Notes under the pieces: model-generated
Seen by the model: the letters and a program-made list of their open reading frames with translations, nothing else
Told to the model about the DNA's origin: nothing
Database searches by the model: none
Assembly (NCBI GenBank): GCA_020718605.1
Contig: DYRR01000003.1
Span: forward strand, 1 to 36,636
Length of the DNA: 36,636 bases
Reading direction: 5' to 3'
Source of the DNA: Chthoniobacter flavus
Lineage (GTDB): Bacteria; Verrucomicrobiota; Verrucomicrobiia; Chthoniobacterales; CAKUMP01
Part shown: positions 7,711 to 17,049 of the stretch, in pieces
How the letters are laid out: every line of letters starts with the position of its first letter
Numbering within the stretch: position 1 is the first letter of the stretch
Position numbers and translations under genes: made by a program

Positions 7711-9125
7711 GGGTGGTTGGCAGAGTTGGCGCGGGGACGCAGTTGTTGTCCGTCTTTGGTATCCTTGACTTCCCATCCCAGGGCGGCGATTTCATCCCGG
7801 AAACGGTCGCTCTGTGCCCAGTCTTTGTTGCGGCGCGCTTCCGCCCGGCTTGCGAGCAGCGCAGCCACCGCTTCGGGAATTGCCGCCACCTCCGGCCCGA
7901 GTGCGAGCACGGTATCGACGGATTTCCACCAGGCGAGCAGGGTCGCCGCATCCGAGGGCGGGAGGTTCCCGGCATCCATCCGGCGGTTGGATTCACGTAG
8001 CGCCTCAAAAAGCACCGCGAGCGCTGCGGAGATGTTCAGATCCTCGTCCAACGCCGCACCAAATCCGTCCAACCCGGCCACTGGCATCGCGATCGAGGGG
8101 GATGCGTCACCCGCCTGCGCGGTGAGACGGGCGATCCATTCATCCAACCGCACCAACGCGGCCCGTGCGGCGTCGAGACTTTCGAAGCGGAGATTCAGCG
8201 GCAACCGGTAATGCACCGAGAGAAGCGCATACCGGATCTCGCGTCCGGTGTACCCCCTGTCCATCAGGTCCCGCAGCGTGTAGAAATTTCCGAGTGACTT
8301 GGACATTTTCTGTCCGTCCACCAGCAGGTGCGCACAATGCAGCCAGGTGCGGGAGAAGGGTTTGCCGGTGCAGCATTCCGACTGCGCAATCTCGGCTTCG
8401 TGATGCGGGAAAATATTATCCACTCCGCCGCAATGGATATCCAGGGAATCGCCCAGCAACCGTGTGGCCATGGCGCTGCACTCGATATGCCATCCCGGAC
8501 GGCCCCGGCCCCAGGGGCTTTCCCACGCCACATCGCCGTCCGCCTCGTGCCATGCTTTCCAGAGCGCGAAGTCACCGAGGCTTTCCTTCTCATATTCATC
8601 CTGACTCACGCGCGCACCCGGACGCAGCTCGTCCAAATTGAGATGCGCGAGCCGTCCGTAGGCGGGAAATGTCGAGAGCCGGAAATACACCGAGCCGTCG
8701 TCGGCGTGATATGCGTGCCCGGTTTCCACAAGCGTTCGGATCATCGCGATCATGTGTTCGATATTCTCGGGGTCGGTTGCGGCGGGATACGCTTCGGCCT
8801 TGCGGATGCGGAGAATTTCCAGGTCTGTAAAAAATGCGGCCTTGAATGCCGCGGTGAAGTCCGCAAGCGGCACACCGCTGGTGCGGGCACCCCGGATTGT
8901 TTTGTCATCCACATCGGTGAGGTTCATCACCCGGCGTACACGGAATCCGCGGAACTCCAGGTGCCGCTGCAGGAGATCCTCGAAGACATAGGCCCGGAAG
9001 TTGCCGATATGGGCGCGCGCATACACTGTGGGGCCGCAGGTGTAGAGCCGCACCGTGCGACCCTCCGGATCGAGCGGAACAAACGGCTCGATGGCACGGG
9101 TGGCGGTGTTGTGGTAGCGGATCAT
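7707..9125 (-). CDS. cysS: Cysteinyl-tRNA synthetase
   Basis: YTCGPTVY, HIGN, GRPGWHIECSAM and KMSKS motifs. Confidence 0.98.
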   Translation of the reverse strand: MIRYHNTATRAIEPFVPLDPEGRTVRLYTCGPTVYARAHIGNFRAYVFEDLLQRHLEFRGFRVRRVMNLTDVDDKTIRGARTSGVPLADFTAAFKAAFFTDLEILRIRKAEAYPAATDPENIEHMIAMIRTLVETGHAYHADDGSVYFRLSTFPAYGRLAHLNLDELRPGARVSQDEYEKESLGDFALWKAWHEADGDVAWESPWGRGRPGWHIECSAMATRLLGDSLDIHCGGVDNIFPHHEAEIAQSECCTGKPFSRTWLHCAHLLVDGQKMSKSLGNFYTLRDLMDRGYTGREIRYALLSVHYRLPLNLRFESLDAARAALVRLDEWIARLTAQAGDASPSIAMPVAGLDGFGAALDEDLNISAALAVLFEALRESNRRMDAGNLPPSDAATLLAWWKSVDTVLALGPEVAAIPEAVAALLASRAEARRNKDWAQSDRFRDEIAALGWEVKDTKDGQQLRPRANSANHP

Positions 9126-9601
9126 TCCGCCATCTCCACGGCGGCGACCGCCAGCGCGGCAATGCCCTCGCCGCGTCCGAGGCTGCCGAGGCCTTCGTTG
9201 GTGGTGGCTTTTATGCCGACCCGGCGCGGATCGAGCCCGAGCGCGGAGGAGAGGTTGGCGCGCATCGCGTCGAGATGCGGACCGATCTTCGGTTCCTCGG
9301 CGACGAGAGAGGTGTCCACATTCACGATGCGGGCGCCGGCGGCATCGAGGATCGCGCGGACCCGCCGGAGAATTTCCAGGCTGGAGATCCCCCCGATTGC
9401 GGGATCGGTGTTGGGAAAGTGATGGCCGATATCCCTCTCACCGGCCGCGCCGAGCAGCGCGTCGGCAATGGCATGGCAGAGCACATCGGCATCGGAGTGG
9501 CCCAGCAGACCGCGCCCGCCGGGAAAAGTCACACCCCCGAGCACGAGAATCCGCCCTTCCGCGAAGCGGTGGATATCATAACCGATGCCGGAGCGCGTCA
9601 T
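9122..9601 (-). CDS. ispF: 2-C-methyl-D-erythritol 2,4-cyclodiphosphate synthase
   Basis: GIGYDIHRF, GHSDADVLCHAIADALLGA and KATTNEGLG motifs. Confidence 0.97.
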   Translation of the reverse strand: MTRSGIGYDIHRFAEGRILVLGGVTFPGGRGLLGHSDADVLCHAIADALLGAAGERDIGHHFPNTDPAIGGISSLEILRRVRAILDAAGARIVNVDTSLVAEEPKIGPHLDAMRANLSSALGLDPRRVGIKATTNEGLGSLGRGEGIAALAVAAVEMAE

Positions 9602-10350
9602 GAATGCAGTTGGAGATCCATCGTGCCGTTCCAAGCCACAATGGAGTACTTGTGCGGATTGTCGGGATGCGTGTCCGCGTTGACGCGTCCGCCCGCCGAT
9701 TCCACCAGCAGCACGCCCGCTGCGATATCCCACAGGCTCACACTGCTCTCGATGTAGGCGTCGAGGCGTCCGCTGGCCACGTAGGCGAGATCCAGCGCGG
9801 CGCTGCCCATCATGCGGCACTTGCGGGCGCGTTTCACCATCCGGTCGAGCGTGGGCAGCGAGGCGTTGATCGTCTCGATGGATTTGGAAAAACCGACCGT
9901 CACCATTGCGTCGGAAAGATCGGTGCGGGGGCTCACCCGGATGGGTTTGCTGTTGAGGAGCGGTGCCGAGCCGCGTTCGACGGTCCAGAGTTCATCCCGC
10001 ATGGGATCGTAAATGACGCCCAGACGCACCTCGTCCAGGAAACGCAGCGCGATGGAGATGCAGAAATGGGGGATGGAATAGAAATAATTCACCGTGCCAT
10101 CGATGGGATCCACGATCCACTCCCAGTCGCCGCCCTGCTTTCCGGAGATGCCCTCCTCACCGTAGAGCGCGTGGTCGGGAAACGCGCCCAATAGAATGCC
10201 GGCGATGAGATCCTGGGCCTGGACATCAAGTTCGAGTTTGATGTCGTGGGCTTCCCGGGCATTGACACCGAGTTCGCTTCCGAAGTTTTCGCGCAGCAGT
10301 TTCCCCGCTTCGCGGGCTGCGCGCACTGCAATATCGAGATGGTCGGACAT
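9598..10350 (-). CDS. suhB: Inositol monophosphatase family protein
   Basis: [31 protein letters not shown] and WDIAAG motifs. Confidence 0.92.
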   Translation of the reverse strand: MSDHLDIAVRAAREAGKLLRENFGSELGVNAREAHDIKLELDVQAQDLIAGILLGAFPDHALYGEEGISGKQGGDWEWIVDPIDGTVNYFYSIPHFCISIALRFLDEVRLGVIYDPMRDELWTVERGSAPLLNSKPIRVSPRTDLSDAMVTVGFSKSIETINASLPTLDRMVKRARKCRMMGSAALDLAYVASGRLDAYIESSVSLWDIAAGVLLVESAGGRVNADTHPDNPHKYSIVAWNGTMDLQLHS

Positions 10351-10387
10351 GAGGAACGGACTTGTAGCGCACGGAAGCGCGATCGAC

Positions 10388-10427
10388 AAAAGAAAAACGG
10401 GAGAAGGAATCGCTTCCTTCTCCCGTT
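10388..10427 (-). terminator. Intrinsic terminator after the histone-like gene
   Basis: Perfect 14-bp stem AACGGGAGAAGGAA/TTCCTTCTCCCGTT with a 4-nt loop, followed by a T-rich tract on the minus strand. Confidence 0.8.
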
Positions 10428-10485
10428 CCGGAATCAACCGCAGACGCCCGGTCGGCAAGCGGCAGGGCGCGCCGCGGGTTGGAAT

Positions 10486-10665
10486 TTATTTCTTGCCCTT
10501 CTTGGCGGGGGCTTTCTTCACCGCGACTTTTTTCTTCGCGGGAGCTTTCTTGGCAACGGCTTTTTTGGCCGGAGCTTTCTTGGCTACGGCTTTCTTGGCC
10601 GGGGCTTTCTTGGCAACGGCTTTTTTGGCCGGAGCTTTTTTGGCAGGAGCTTTTTTAGCTGGCAT
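10486..10665 (-). CDS. Small histone H1-like Lys/Ala-rich protein (59 aa)
   Basis: [20 protein letters not shown]... pentapeptide repeats with synonymous codon variation; AAGGGG upstream; its own terminator. Confidence 0.85.
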   Translation of the reverse strand: MPAKKAPAKKAPAKKAVAKKAPAKKAVAKKAPAKKAVAKKAPAKKKVAVKKAPAKKGKK

Positions 10666-10752
10666 GCAGGACACCCCCTTTCGTTCCGCAGTTGCGGAGG
10701 GAATCAAAGTGTGGAGAGATAATCACTTCTATGTGTGTGAACTAGTGATGTT

Positions 10753-11403
10753 TTATTTTTTCGTCAACAAATTTTCTTGCATCCCCTCAATTTTTTTTAT
10801 CAGCGCCACACCGAGCCCGCGCTTCGGCGCGGGTGGGAAACGATGCGAAGTGTGATCGGAAAAAAACATTTCGATCTCGTTCCAATCGCTTTCAAACCCT
10901 GTATCCATGCGGCTCACATCGTTTGCGATCACCGCGTCGCATTTTTTTTCGGCGAGTTTTTTTCGCGCGTATCGCGCGACATCGCGCGTCTCCGCAGCAA
11001 ATCCGATCACAAGAAATTTTCTTGGTGGAGACGGCAGTGATTTCAAAATGTCTCGCGTGGGAACGAGTTCGAGCGCGAATGCCGCTCCGCTTTTTTTGAT
11101 CTTCTCACGCGCAACGGATGCCGGCGTGTAATCGGCGACAGCCGCCGCCATCACGAGCGCGTCAATGCCCGCGAGATGCGAATGCACCGCGCGCAACATT
11201 TCCTCCGCAGTGGTCACGCGCACCAGGCGTGCGCCTTCCGGTGGCGCGAGCCACACTGGACCCGAGATCAGAGTCACCGTGTGTCTGCGGGCCAGTGCGG
11301 CTTCGGCAATGGCGTATCCCATTTTGCCGGAAGACCGGTTGCCGATAAACCGGACAGGATCGATCGGCTCGTGCGTGGGCCCGGCGGTGACGAGAAAATT
11401 CAT
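10753..11403 (-). CDS. coaB: Phosphopantothenate--cysteine ligase (stand-alone CoaB)
   Basis: [37 protein letters not shown] and ANDV motifs. Confidence 0.93.
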   Translation of the reverse strand: MNFLVTAGPTHEPIDPVRFIGNRSSGKMGYAIAEAALARRHTVTLISGPVWLAPPEGARLVRVTTAEEMLRAVHSHLAGIDALVMAAAVADYTPASVAREKIKKSGAAFALELVPTRDILKSLPSPPRKFLVIGFAAETRDVARYARKKLAEKKCDAVIANDVSRMDTGFESDWNEIEMFFSDHTSHRFPPAPKRGLGVALIKKIEGMQENLLTKK

Positions 11404-11945
11404 GGTTGCCGCGCCTGAAGCAGCGTCAGTGCGCGCTCCATGATCCCATCGACCGGCCACAGCCGCCCGATGCCCTCGTATCCACAGGCCAGCATCCCCT
11501 CCTCGGGGCCGATAAAATCCGCGCCGCGCGTCCGCAATGTCTCCACATGGGCCTGCGTTGCGGGATGGGTCCACATCTTTCCGTTCATCGCGGGAGCAAT
11601 GAGCAACGGAGTGCGCGTGGCGAGAGCGATGGCCCCGAGCGCATCGCCCGCCAACCCCAGGGCAAGCCGCGCAATGCTGTCCGCCGTCGCGGGCGCGACA
11701 ATGAGCAGATCGGCGCGGTCGGCAAGCCCGATGTGGCCCGGACGCCACGATTCTTTCTCGTCAAAGAGATCGCACACGACGGGATTCTTCGAGAGCGTTT
11801 GAAGGGTGAGCGGCGTGATGAACTCCCGCGCGGCGGGGGTCATGATCACATGCGTGTCGTGGCCGGCTTTCACCAGACGACCCACCAGATCGGCGGCTTT
11901 GAATGCGGCGATGGATCCGGTGACGGCAACAAGGACGGTACTCAT
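11400..11945 (-). CDS. coaC: Phosphopantothenoylcysteine decarboxylase (stand-alone CoaC)
   Basis: VTGSIAAFKA, HIGLA, APATAD, APAMNGKMW and LACGYEGIGRL motifs. Confidence 0.93.
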   Translation of the reverse strand: MSTVLVAVTGSIAAFKAADLVGRLVKAGHDTHVIMTPAAREFITPLTLQTLSKNPVVCDLFDEKESWRPGHIGLADRADLLIVAPATADSIARLALGLAGDALGAIALATRTPLLIAPAMNGKMWTHPATQAHVETLRTRGADFIGPEEGMLACGYEGIGRLWPVDGIMERALTLLQARQP

Positions 11946-12583
11946 GGCTGTTGTGTGGCTGGATCGGAGTCCGGGTGCGGGCTCATCCGGAGGGAGCGGT
12001 GGCGTTCCGCACACATGATGGCTCGAAAATTCGCCAGATCCTCCTCAATGGATCCGCTCGCGATGGTATAGCGGTACTCCCGCCAAAAGGCCATTTCCCG
12101 CCGCGCGTTGTCGATGCGGATATCAATTTGTTCGGGCGACTCGGTGCCGCGCTTCTCAAGCCGGCACCGCAGTTCATCGATGGTCGGCGGCATGATGAAG
12201 ACATCGGCCAGGGCGGTGTGGATCGCGGGATCGGCACACGCGCGGATCTGCGCCGCACCGGCGATGTCGATGTCGAGCAGCACGTCCGTGCCCGCGTCGA
12301 GATGATCCCGCACGGTGCGCAGCGGCGTCCCGTAGCGGTGCGCATGCACCGCCGCGTATTCAAGAAACCCCCCCGCTGAGACCATGGCGTCAAATTCCGG
12401 CCGGCCCACAAAATGATAATCCACACCGTCCTGCTCGCCCGGGCGCGGTGGCCGCGTGGTGCAGGATACCGAGAAGACAAAGTCCGCATTTTTCCGGAGA
12501 CCCTCGCGCAATGTCGTCTTGCCCGCGCCCGACGGTGCGGAAAGCACAAACAGAATTCCGGTGCGTGTGAATCGGTTATTCAA
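11942..12583 (-). CDS. gmk: Guanylate kinase (probable TTG start)
   Basis: SAPSGAGKTT, SVSCTTRPPRPGEQDGVDYHF, YGT and LDID motifs. Confidence 0.95.
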   Translation of the reverse strand: MNNRFTRTGILFVLSAPSGAGKTTLREGLRKNADFVFSVSCTTRPPRPGEQDGVDYHFVGRPEFDAMVSAGGFLEYAAVHAHRYGTPLRTVRDHLDAGTDVLLDIDIAGAAQIRACADPAIHTALADVFIMPPTIDELRCRLEKRGTESPEQIDIRIDNARREMAFWREYRYTIASGSIEEDLANFRAIMCAERHRSLRMSPHPDSDPATQQP

Positions 12584-13448
12584 TGTTCTGAACCTGTTCC
12601 CGGATTTTCTCCATTTCGGATTTGCAGGCAACCACGCACTGGGAAATTTCGGCGTCGTTTGCTTTTGCCCCGAGAGTGTTGAGTTCCCGGGCGATTTCCT
12701 GTGTGAGAAAATCCAAAGGCCGCCCCACGGGCTCCGAACTTCGGAGTTGGTGTGCGAACTGGGCAAGATGACTCTCCAACCGCGTGAGTTCCTCTGAGAT
12801 GTCGGAACGGTCGGCAAAATATGCCAACTCACGCAGAAGGCGCTCGTCCTGCGCCTCGGTGGCGAATCCCGATTTGTGCAGACGCTCGCGCAGAGCCTCA
12901 CCGAAGCGTTTGGTCACTGCGGGATGCAGAGCCCGGATGCGGCGGATGGTCTGGCGCACATTTTTCAGGCGCCCGATGAGATCCTTGGCGAGATGCTTGC
13001 CCTCCCGCAGGCGCATCACGGAGAGATCGGCCAGGGCGGCGTCCAACGCCTCCAGCACTTTTGGCCAGGCGTCCTCCGGCAGAAGCCGCTTGTCCGAAAG
13101 CGCCAGTACGCCCGGCACGCGGGCGATCATCTCCAGATCGATCTCGCCCTTGAGCTTGAGATCCGAACGCAGATCCACCAGCGCATCCCGGACTTTACGC
13201 GCGAGATCCCGGTCCACTTTCGGCTCCGCATTGCCGCCGGAAAAAGAGGCGTCCACGGCCACGTTGAGCCGTCCGCGCGAGACGGCGCGGTGGACCGTCT
13301 CCCGCACCTGCATTTCCAGCGAGGAAAGATCCCTCGGCAGACTCACGCTCACATCGGTCTGCTTGCGGTTCACCGACTGGATTTCCACCGTATAGCGGGC
13401 GCCTCCATTCGCCGCGCTCCCGCGGCCATATCCTGTCATGCTTTTCAT
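12576..13448 (-). CDS. yicC: YicC/YloC family endoribonuclease
   Basis: MKSMTGYG...DISEELTRLESH...GRPLDFLTQEIARELNTLGAK...EKIREQVQNIE. Confidence 0.95.
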   Translation of the reverse strand: MKSMTGYGRGSAANGGARYTVEIQSVNRKQTDVSVSLPRDLSSLEMQVRETVHRAVSRGRLNVAVDASFSGGNAEPKVDRDLARKVRDALVDLRSDLKLKGEIDLEMIARVPGVLALSDKRLLPEDAWPKVLEALDAALADLSVMRLREGKHLAKDLIGRLKNVRQTIRRIRALHPAVTKRFGEALRERLHKSGFATEAQDERLLRELAYFADRSDISEELTRLESHLAQFAHQLRSSEPVGRPLDFLTQEIARELNTLGAKANDAEISQCVVACKSEMEKIREQVQNIE

Positions 13449-13479
13449 CGGGTTCTGATTTTTGGGGGATGGGCGGGGA

Positions 13480-14688
13480 TTATTTCAAAAGAATCTCCGC
13501 AGCCTGCGAGACATCCTTGTCTCCGCGCCCGGAGAGATTGATCACGGTGATGTGTTCCTTCGGCAGGGTCGGGCCGTGTTTGAGAATCCAGGCGACGGCG
13601 TGTGCGCTTTCCAGCGCGGGGATGATGCCCTCGGTCTCCGCCAGTTCCCGGAATGCGGCAAGCGCCTGGTCATCCGTCGCAAAATCATACTCGATGCGTC
13701 CGCGATCGCGGTAATAGCTGTGCTCCGGCCCGATGGCGGCGTAGTCGAGCCCCGCCGACACGGAGTGCGTGAGTTGGATCTGGCCCTGCGCATCGGCGAG
13801 AAGCCAGGTTTTTGTCCCCTGTAAAACCCCGAGACGGCCGCCCTGGAAGCGCGCGGCATGGCGGCCCTCGATGATTCCGTCCCCACCCGCCTCGACGCCC
13901 ATCATGCGGACACCCGGGTCATCCAGAAAGGGGTGGAAAAGGCCGATGGCATTGCTGCCGCCGCCGACACAGGCCACCAGCAGATCCGGCAGACGACCTT
14001 CGCGTTCAAGAATCTGGCGCCGCGTTTCCACCCCGATCACACGATGAAAATCACGGACCATCATGGGATACGGATGCGAACCCAGCGCCGACCCGAGGAT
14101 GTAATGGGTGGTCCGCACATTGGTGACCCAGTCGCGCATCGCTTCATTGATGGCTTCCTTGAGCGTGGCCTGTCCTGCCGTCACGGGCACGACTTTGGCG
14201 CCGAGAAAACGCATCCGCGCCACATTGAGCGCCTGGCGCTCCATGTCCACCGCGCCCATGTAAATAACGCACTCGCAACCGAACCGCGCCGCCACGGTGG
14301 CCGTCGCGACTCCGTGTTGACCCGCGCCCGTTTCCGCAATGATGCGGTGCTTGCCCATGCGCCGGGCGAGCAGGATCTGGCCCAGCGCGTTATTGATCTT
14401 GTGCGCACCCGTGTGGAGAAGATCCTCGCGCTTGAGATAAATCCTCCCGCTCCCGATCTTTTCGGAAAGCCGCCCGGCATGGTACAACGGGGTGGGGCGT
14501 CCGGCGAAATCGCCCAGCAGATCGTCCAGTTCCGCCTGAAATGAGGCGTCCGCACGGGCTGCCTCGTATTCGCGCGTCAGTTCGTCGAGAGCCGTGATGA
14601 GCGTCTCGGGAACAAAACGCCCGCCATACGGGCCGAAATGGCCGTGTGCGTCGGGAAGTGAATTTGCCTGGATATCTGGAGTGGTCAT
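13480..14688 (-). CDS. trpB: Tryptophan synthase beta subunit
   Basis: [36 protein letters not shown] and NLSGRGDKD motifs. Confidence 0.98.
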   Translation of the reverse strand: MTTPDIQANSLPDAHGHFGPYGGRFVPETLITALDELTREYEAARADASFQAELDDLLGDFAGRPTPLYHAGRLSEKIGSGRIYLKREDLLHTGAHKINNALGQILLARRMGKHRIIAETGAGQHGVATATVAARFGCECVIYMGAVDMERQALNVARMRFLGAKVVPVTAGQATLKEAINEAMRDWVTNVRTTHYILGSALGSHPYPMMVRDFHRVIGVETRRQILEREGRLPDLLVACVGGGSNAIGLFHPFLDDPGVRMMGVEAGGDGIIEGRHAARFQGGRLGVLQGTKTWLLADAQGQIQLTHSVSAGLDYAAIGPEHSYYRDRGRIEYDFATDDQALAAFRELAETEGIIPALESAHAVAWILKHGPTLPKEHITVINLSGRGDKDVSQAAEILLK

Positions 14689-14824
14689 GAAGTCGCCGGA
14701 TTTCCGCCGGGCCGGATGCGGCCCCTCGGAAGAACGGCAAACATGGCATTCCCGGGCGCGCCCCGGCAAATGAAATCTGAACCCGGCCCCACCGAACCAC
14801 GCTCTTCCGATTGAGGCTGCGGAA

Positions 14825-15037
14825 TCACCCCTCCGAGATCACTGCGGATTCGCGGATCACGTCGCTCAGCAAGGCGTGAAATTCCGCCAATCCCGTGCTG
14901 GGAATGATCACGGTGTTTCTGCGGCCATGCGCCTCTTCGGTGATGCGCAGGAAATTCCCGCGTTCGTTCTGGCGGTATTCGATGGCAAAATGCTTGCGTT
15001 CGACTTGCAGTTCTCTGCTGGAGATGATGTTTTCCAT
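14825..15037 (-). CDS. Single PUR-repeat ssDNA/RNA-binding protein (Pur-alpha-like/DUF3276-like)
   Basis: [40 protein letters not shown] pattern; 70 aa. Confidence 0.75.
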   Translation of the reverse strand: MENIISSRELQVERKHFAIEYRQNERGNFLRITEEAHGRRNTVIIPSTGLAEFHALLSDVIRESAVISEG

Positions 15038-15153
15038 GATTGGGTGTATTCCGGGGGAAAAATACAGGACCGGTATTTGCCGGAGACCGCCCTGACTATG
15101 GCGATTTTCCATCGGTGACCAGTCTTTTTCTCGGAACGACGGAATTTTTCCCG

Positions 15154-15296
15154 CCCGAATCATTACGATTCTCTGGAGGATATAAAAAAATGGGGAAATT
15201 GTGCGGCGGGCGATCCCGCTCCTCCCGGAGCGGGCTACAGGCGGCTTCGTAGCCCTGCGCGGGAGCGCAGGGATCTGCCACTGCTAATGATCGGGG
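15154..15296 (+). mobile_element. 143-bp MITE-like element carrying a GTAG REP doublet (copy 1)
   Basis: Ends CCCGAATCATTACGATT / ACTGCTAATGATCGGGG. Gapless 130/143 identity by eye to 28639-28781. Flanks TTTCCCG/TCTCCCG may be a decayed target duplication. Confidence 0.75.
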
Positions 15297-15325
15297 TCTC
15301 CCGGGGATTCTTCGCCACAGCGGAC

Positions 15326-16300
15326 TCAATTTCCCCGCTGGAACACCTGCAAAAAAGCCGCCTCGATGGCCAGGGCTTCCTGGACATTCCGGCCCAGTTG
15401 ATCGCGCAATTCCTCCAGACGGTCGATCGCTTCCATCGCCGTTTTGTCCGTTATTGCCCGGGAAAGCACTTCGGTGGCCTCCGCGAAATCGGGATAATCC
15501 AGACGGGCCATCCCCTGGCGCTGCCGCAACACATCGGCCCACCAGCCGACCAGGGTTTCCATGAGTCTCTGGCGCACCCCGGCATATTCGGATGCGGCCA
15601 GTGCCTCGAAGTAATCCTCCCGCCCCGCCAGCCAGCGCCCGTCGGTCGTTTGTTTGTAGCGGGCCGACTCCGCTTTCATTTCCTCATCAACGGATTTTGA
15701 GATGCGGCCCTTGATGGCGGCAAGCTGTTCATGGAAATCCCGGGCCAGTGCGAACGCATCGGAGAATCCGCTCTTTGGCCGACGGGCGTTATCCCGAAGC
15801 AATTCCAGCACCGCCCGTTCGTCCCCGGTTACGGTGTGGTCGGCAGTCTCGCGAAGCGGGACCATGATGCAGCGGGAAAGGATCGTATCGAGCAGCATCT
15901 GGGGCTGGGCGCTGAGCAGCAGCAGCATGCTGTTGGCCGGCGGTTCCTCGAGCGTTTTCAAAAACGCATTCGCCGCCTGCGGTTGCATCCGGTCGGCCTC
16001 GCGGATAATCGCAACCTTTGTCCCCGGTCCCGAGGCCTTGAGTTGGAGGGCATGCTCGATCTCGCGGATCTGTTCGACAAGAATGCGCCGGGACTTGGAT
16101 TCCGGTGCGGCGATGCGCACATCGGCTCCGGCCAAAGGATCGCGGCCCGGAGGGGTTGAGTTCACCAGGCCGCAGAGATCCGAGGCCAGTGCCGTCTTGC
16201 CGCTGCCTGCGGGACCGGTGATCAAATACGCATGCGCAAGACGACCGGCCCGGTGCGCCCGCTTCAAATAATCTAATGCCGTGTCTCTGGAAAATGCCAT
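15326..16300 (-). CDS. holB: DNA polymerase III subunit delta'
   Basis: HAYLITGPAGSGK, AANAFLKTLEEP and TILSRC motifs; follows tmk. Confidence 0.92.
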   Translation of the reverse strand: MAFSRDTALDYLKRAHRAGRLAHAYLITGPAGSGKTALASDLCGLVNSTPPGRDPLAGADVRIAAPESKSRRILVEQIREIEHALQLKASGPGTKVAIIREADRMQPQAANAFLKTLEEPPANSMLLLLSAQPQMLLDTILSRCIMVPLRETADHTVTGDERAVLELLRDNARRPKSGFSDAFALARDFHEQLAAIKGRISKSVDEEMKAESARYKQTTDGRWLAGREDYFEALAASEYAGVRQRLMETLVGWWADVLRQRQGMARLDYPDFAEATEVLSRAITDKTAMEAIDRLEELRDQLGRNVQEALAIEAAFLQVFQRGN

Positions 16301-16312
16301 GCTATGGGGTGC

Positions 16313-16993
16313 TCAGGAAATCCGCGCTTCCCCGAAGGCGGGCGGCGGAAAAATTCCATGGATCTGTCCGGATAGGATTTCTAGGATCTCCGACTCGATC
16401 TCCCGCTCCGGACGCGACGCGTCCAGGCGGCGCACCCGGGACGGACACGCTTGTGCAAGACGCAGATACCCCGCCCGCACCGCCTCGTAAAAGGCGTCCG
16501 GCTCCTGCTCCATCCGGTCGGGCGGAGCCTCCGGATTGTTTCGGGCCGCCATCCGTCGGCGGGCTTCCGCAAGATCCAGATCGAGCAGGAAAGTGACATC
16601 AGGCAGGCAGCCTCCCACGGCAAAATCGTTGATGAACGCGACCGTGTCGGGCGCGAGCCGCCGGGCGACTCCTTGGTACACCGTGGTCGAGTCGAGAAAA
16701 CGGTCGCAAATCACCACCGCTCCGCGCTCCAACGCGGGCCGGATCCGCTCGCGGACGAGCTGGGCGCGGCTGGCCGTGAAGAGCAACAGCTCCGACTCCG
16801 GACACATTCCCAGGCCTTCCGGAGCGAACTGGAGCAAATGCCGGATGCACTCTCCGAGCGCGGTGCCGCCGGGCTCCCGCAGGACATCCACCTCGCGTCC
16901 CAGGGTGCGCAGCCTTTCGGACAGGAGAGAAATCTGCGTGGACTTGCCGCAGCCTTCCGAGCCTTCGAAACTGATAAAAACTCCCTGGTTCAT
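16313..16993 (-). CDS. tmk: Thymidylate kinase
   Basis: FEGSEGCGKSTQ, REPGGT, CDRFLDSTTVYQG and DRMEQE motifs. Confidence 0.97.
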   Translation of the reverse strand: MNQGVFISFEGSEGCGKSTQISLLSERLRTLGREVDVLREPGGTALGECIRHLLQFAPEGLGMCPESELLLFTASRAQLVRERIRPALERGAVVICDRFLDSTTVYQGVARRLAPDTVAFINDFAVGGCLPDVTFLLDLDLAEARRRMAARNNPEAPPDRMEQEPDAFYEAVRAGYLRLAQACPSRVRRLDASRPEREIESEILEILSGQIHGIFPPPAFGEARIS

Positions 16994-17049
16994 GCGGCGG
17001 AGATTTTTGACCGGTCCGATTCCCGTTGTCGATGACAATGCTTGGGGGT

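Noticed and set aside
10737-10767. Sigma70 promoter for the histone-like gene (TTGACG plus AT-rich spacer)
   Set aside because: No convincing -10 hexamer at 16-18 bp.
13480-14824. trp attenuator or leader peptide upstream of trpB
   Set aside because: No short ORF with tandem Trp codons and no terminator/antiterminator pair were seen.
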